A stretch of 22,716 nucleotides of DNA, taken from Octopus sinensis. Lineage: Eukaryota. Of this stretch, positions 20,790-22,716 are shown piece by piece (the first letter of the stretch is position 1; every line of letters starts with the position of its first letter). The translations under genes were made by a program, and so were the position numbers. A model generated the notes under the pieces. That model saw nothing but the letters and a program-made list of their open reading frames with translations, was not told the DNA's origin and made no database searches. The stretch spans positions 1 through 22,716 of the forward strand of contig NW_021836745.1 in the NCBI RefSeq assembly GCF_006345805.1. The letters run 5' to 3'.

Positions 20790-20986
20790 GTGGAGGCACA
20801 TGGCCTAGTGGTTAGAGCAGCGGACTCACGGTGTGGGTATCGCGGGTTCGAATCTCAGACAGGGCGATGTTTGTTTTTATGAGCGAAGCACCTAAGCTCC
20901 ACGCGGCTCCGGCAGAAGGTAATGGCTGACTTCTGCTGACTCTTTCACCACAACTTTCTCTCACTCTTTCCTCATGCTTCTTGCAG
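20790..20986 (+). mobile_element. SINE group A variant, 3'-truncated
   Basis: A-box tggcctagtgg, B-box gggttcgaatctc, body cacctaagctccacgcggctccggcag...caactttctctcactctttc. Confidence 0.8.
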
Positions 20987-20989
20987 GAT

Positions 20990-21285
20990 TAATGTTTAAT
21001 AAAAAAAAATAACTTATTTACCTGCGTTTTAACAATATCCGATTCGAAATAGTCACCTTGCACAGCAATACACCGGCCCTAGTTTTCCTGCCAATTTTGG
21101 AAATCGGCCTGGAAGTCGTTTTCCGTAAGCGAATCGAGGACCTTCTGCGATTCTCTTTCTATCTCGACAAAGGTATTACAAAGGCCACATTTGAGCAGCA
21201 TTTTCATTTTAACGAAGAAATGGAATTCTGCTGGTGATAAATCTGGCAAATAAGGCGGGTGAGGAAGCGTTGCAATGTTGTTTTG
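20990..21285 (-). pseudogene. Mariner transposase C-terminal remnant
   Basis: IATLPHPPYLPDLSPAEFHFF...FQADFQNWQEN*GRCIAVQGDYFE matches the mariner HPPYSPDLAP.D motif and the terminal RW..CI...GDYFE motif. In-frame TAG at 21079-21081 where W is expected. Confidence 0.9.
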
Positions 21286-21351
21286 TGCGCGCGGTGAGAA
21301 TTCAATTCTTCGCGCCCCACAAATCCAGTTGCCGTTGCTGAGTGTCCTCTC

Positions 21352-21505
21352 TCGAACCCCAGTATCCAACAGGTACTTATTTTATCGAGCTTCAAACGGA
21401 TGAAAGTCGACTTCGAAAGAATTTGAACTCAGAAGGTAAAGACGGATGGAATGCCACTGAGCATTTCTCCCAGCGTGCTACACGATTCTGCCAGCTCGCT
21501 GCCTT
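21352..21505 (-). mobile_element. SINE group C copy
   Basis: Reverse complement aaggcagcgagctggcagaatcgtgtagcacgctgggagaaatgctcag...ttctgagttcaaattc...gataaaataagtacctgtt, homologous to 9296 and 9496. Confidence 0.8.
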
Positions 21506-21516
21506 AATAACAAGAA

Positions 21517-21548
21517 CAATAATAATAATAATAATATTATTAATATAA

Positions 21549-21624
<76 letters not shown>

Positions 21625-21632
21625 TAATAATA

Positions 21633-21711
<79 letters not shown>
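21517..21711. repeat. (AAT)n microsatellite, left flank
   Basis: Directly visible. Confidence 0.95.
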
Positions 21712-21712
<1 letters not shown>

Positions 21713-21941
21713 TGGGAACTGCTAATATCCTACGCAAAATATTTTCTATGTAATCTCAAGTTTTAGGACAAACATAATTTTTGTATGGTTTTTTAGGCAT
21801 TCACTAGTACAACACTAAATACAAATCCAAATATATGGCACCCTAGGCATAACACCAACACGAACTTCCAACCTGTTGTCTCTTAAGGTCTCTGGGTGAG
21901 ACTTGGAGCCAACTTGTACAAATATAATGCAAAAGTTAAAC

Positions 21942-21944
<3 letters not shown>
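21712..21944 (+). mobile_element. 5'-truncated R4/Dong-clade non-LTR retrotransposon (last codons + 3' UTR) inserted in (TAA)n
   Basis: 21712-21753 reads MGTANILRKIFSM-stop, matching the R4-clade C-terminus (QK..LLGTA.ILRK.L). A ~190-nt UTR follows and (TAA)n lies on both sides; Dong elements are known to target TAA repeats. Confidence 0.75.
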
Positions 21945-22013
<69 letters not shown>

Positions 22014-22027
22014 CAACAACAGCAACA
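21945..22027. repeat. (AAT)n/(AAC)n, right flank and tail of the minus-strand SINE
   Basis: Directly visible. Confidence 0.95.
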
Positions 22028-22224
22028 ACAAGGCCTAAATTTTAAGGGAGAGAGTAAGCCGATCACATCAACCCCAGTACTCAAAAGGCATCTAATTTAT
22101 AGACCCCGAAGGATGAAAAGCAAAGCTGACCATGTCGGAATTTGAACTCAAAGCATAAAGGCGGACGAAATGCTGTTAAGCATCTTGTCCGGCGTGCTTA
22201 ACGGTTCAGCCAGCTCGCCACCTT
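22028..22224 (-). mobile_element. SINE group C, tail type 2
   Basis: Reverse complement aaggtggcgagctggctgaaccgttaagcacgccggac...gagttcaaattccg...gcttttcatccttcggggtctataaa...actggggttgatgtgatcgg...aaaatttaggccttgt then (GTT)/(ATT)n. Confidence 0.85.
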
Positions 22225-22227
22225 TAG

Positions 22228-22247
22228 TAATAATAATAATAAAAATA

Positions 22248-22284
<37 letters not shown>

Positions 22285-22310
22285 CGATGATGATCCTGAT
22301 GATAATGATG

Positions 22311-22343
<33 letters not shown>

Positions 22344-22393
22344 GTGATGATGACGATGATGACGACGACGATGATGATGATGATAATGATGTC

Positions 22394-22428
<35 letters not shown>

Positions 22429-22537
22429 CGACGACGATGACGACGACGACGATGACGACGACGACGATGACGACGACGACGATGACGACGATGACGACGA
22501 CGACGATAATGAAGATTATGATGATGATGATGATGAT
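22228..22537. repeat. (ATA)/(ATG)n array grading into (ACG)n(ATG) units
   Basis: Directly visible. Confidence 0.95.
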
Positions 22538-22716
22538 ATTCCGGATCGTTGAACGTTGCCGAACTTCTTTTTCAGTAAATAGCAATCAGCAGTGGCCTGC
22601 CTGTCGTTAAATTATTAACAATGAGGAATTAATTGATGTTTCAAGTTCAGACATACATTGTGCTGATTAGAGGGAAATCACCTCTAATGATGCGCCTACG
22701 AGTAATTGTTCTGTGA

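Overview
AT-rich eukaryotic non-coding DNA, saturated with di-, tri- and tetranucleotide microsatellites and short interspersed repeats. The repeat families and microsatellite density look like octopus (coleoid cephalopod) DNA; this is recognition from memory, not a database result. No credible intact protein-coding gene is present. Nearly all ORFs in the track are translations of simple repeats, and a possible last 14 codons of an upstream gene (2-46) is low confidence. Supported content: at least four tRNA-derived SINE groups in both orientations, three mariner remnants (two MITE-sized with terminal inverted repeats), and a 5'-truncated R4/Dong-type retrotransposon end inside (TAA)n. A second, unidentified ~530-bp element also sits inside (TAA)n. 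Probable Penelope-like terminal fragments carry minimal-hammerhead-like motifs, one of them in the loop of a 44-bp fold-back hairpin. Most interesting signals: (1) two separate elements lodged in the (TTA)n tails of the same SINE family, (2) the 17872-17992 hairpin whose arm begins almost at a predicted hammerhead cleavage site, (3) SINE tail swapping at shared breakpoints, (4) inverted SINE pairs able to form dsRNA.
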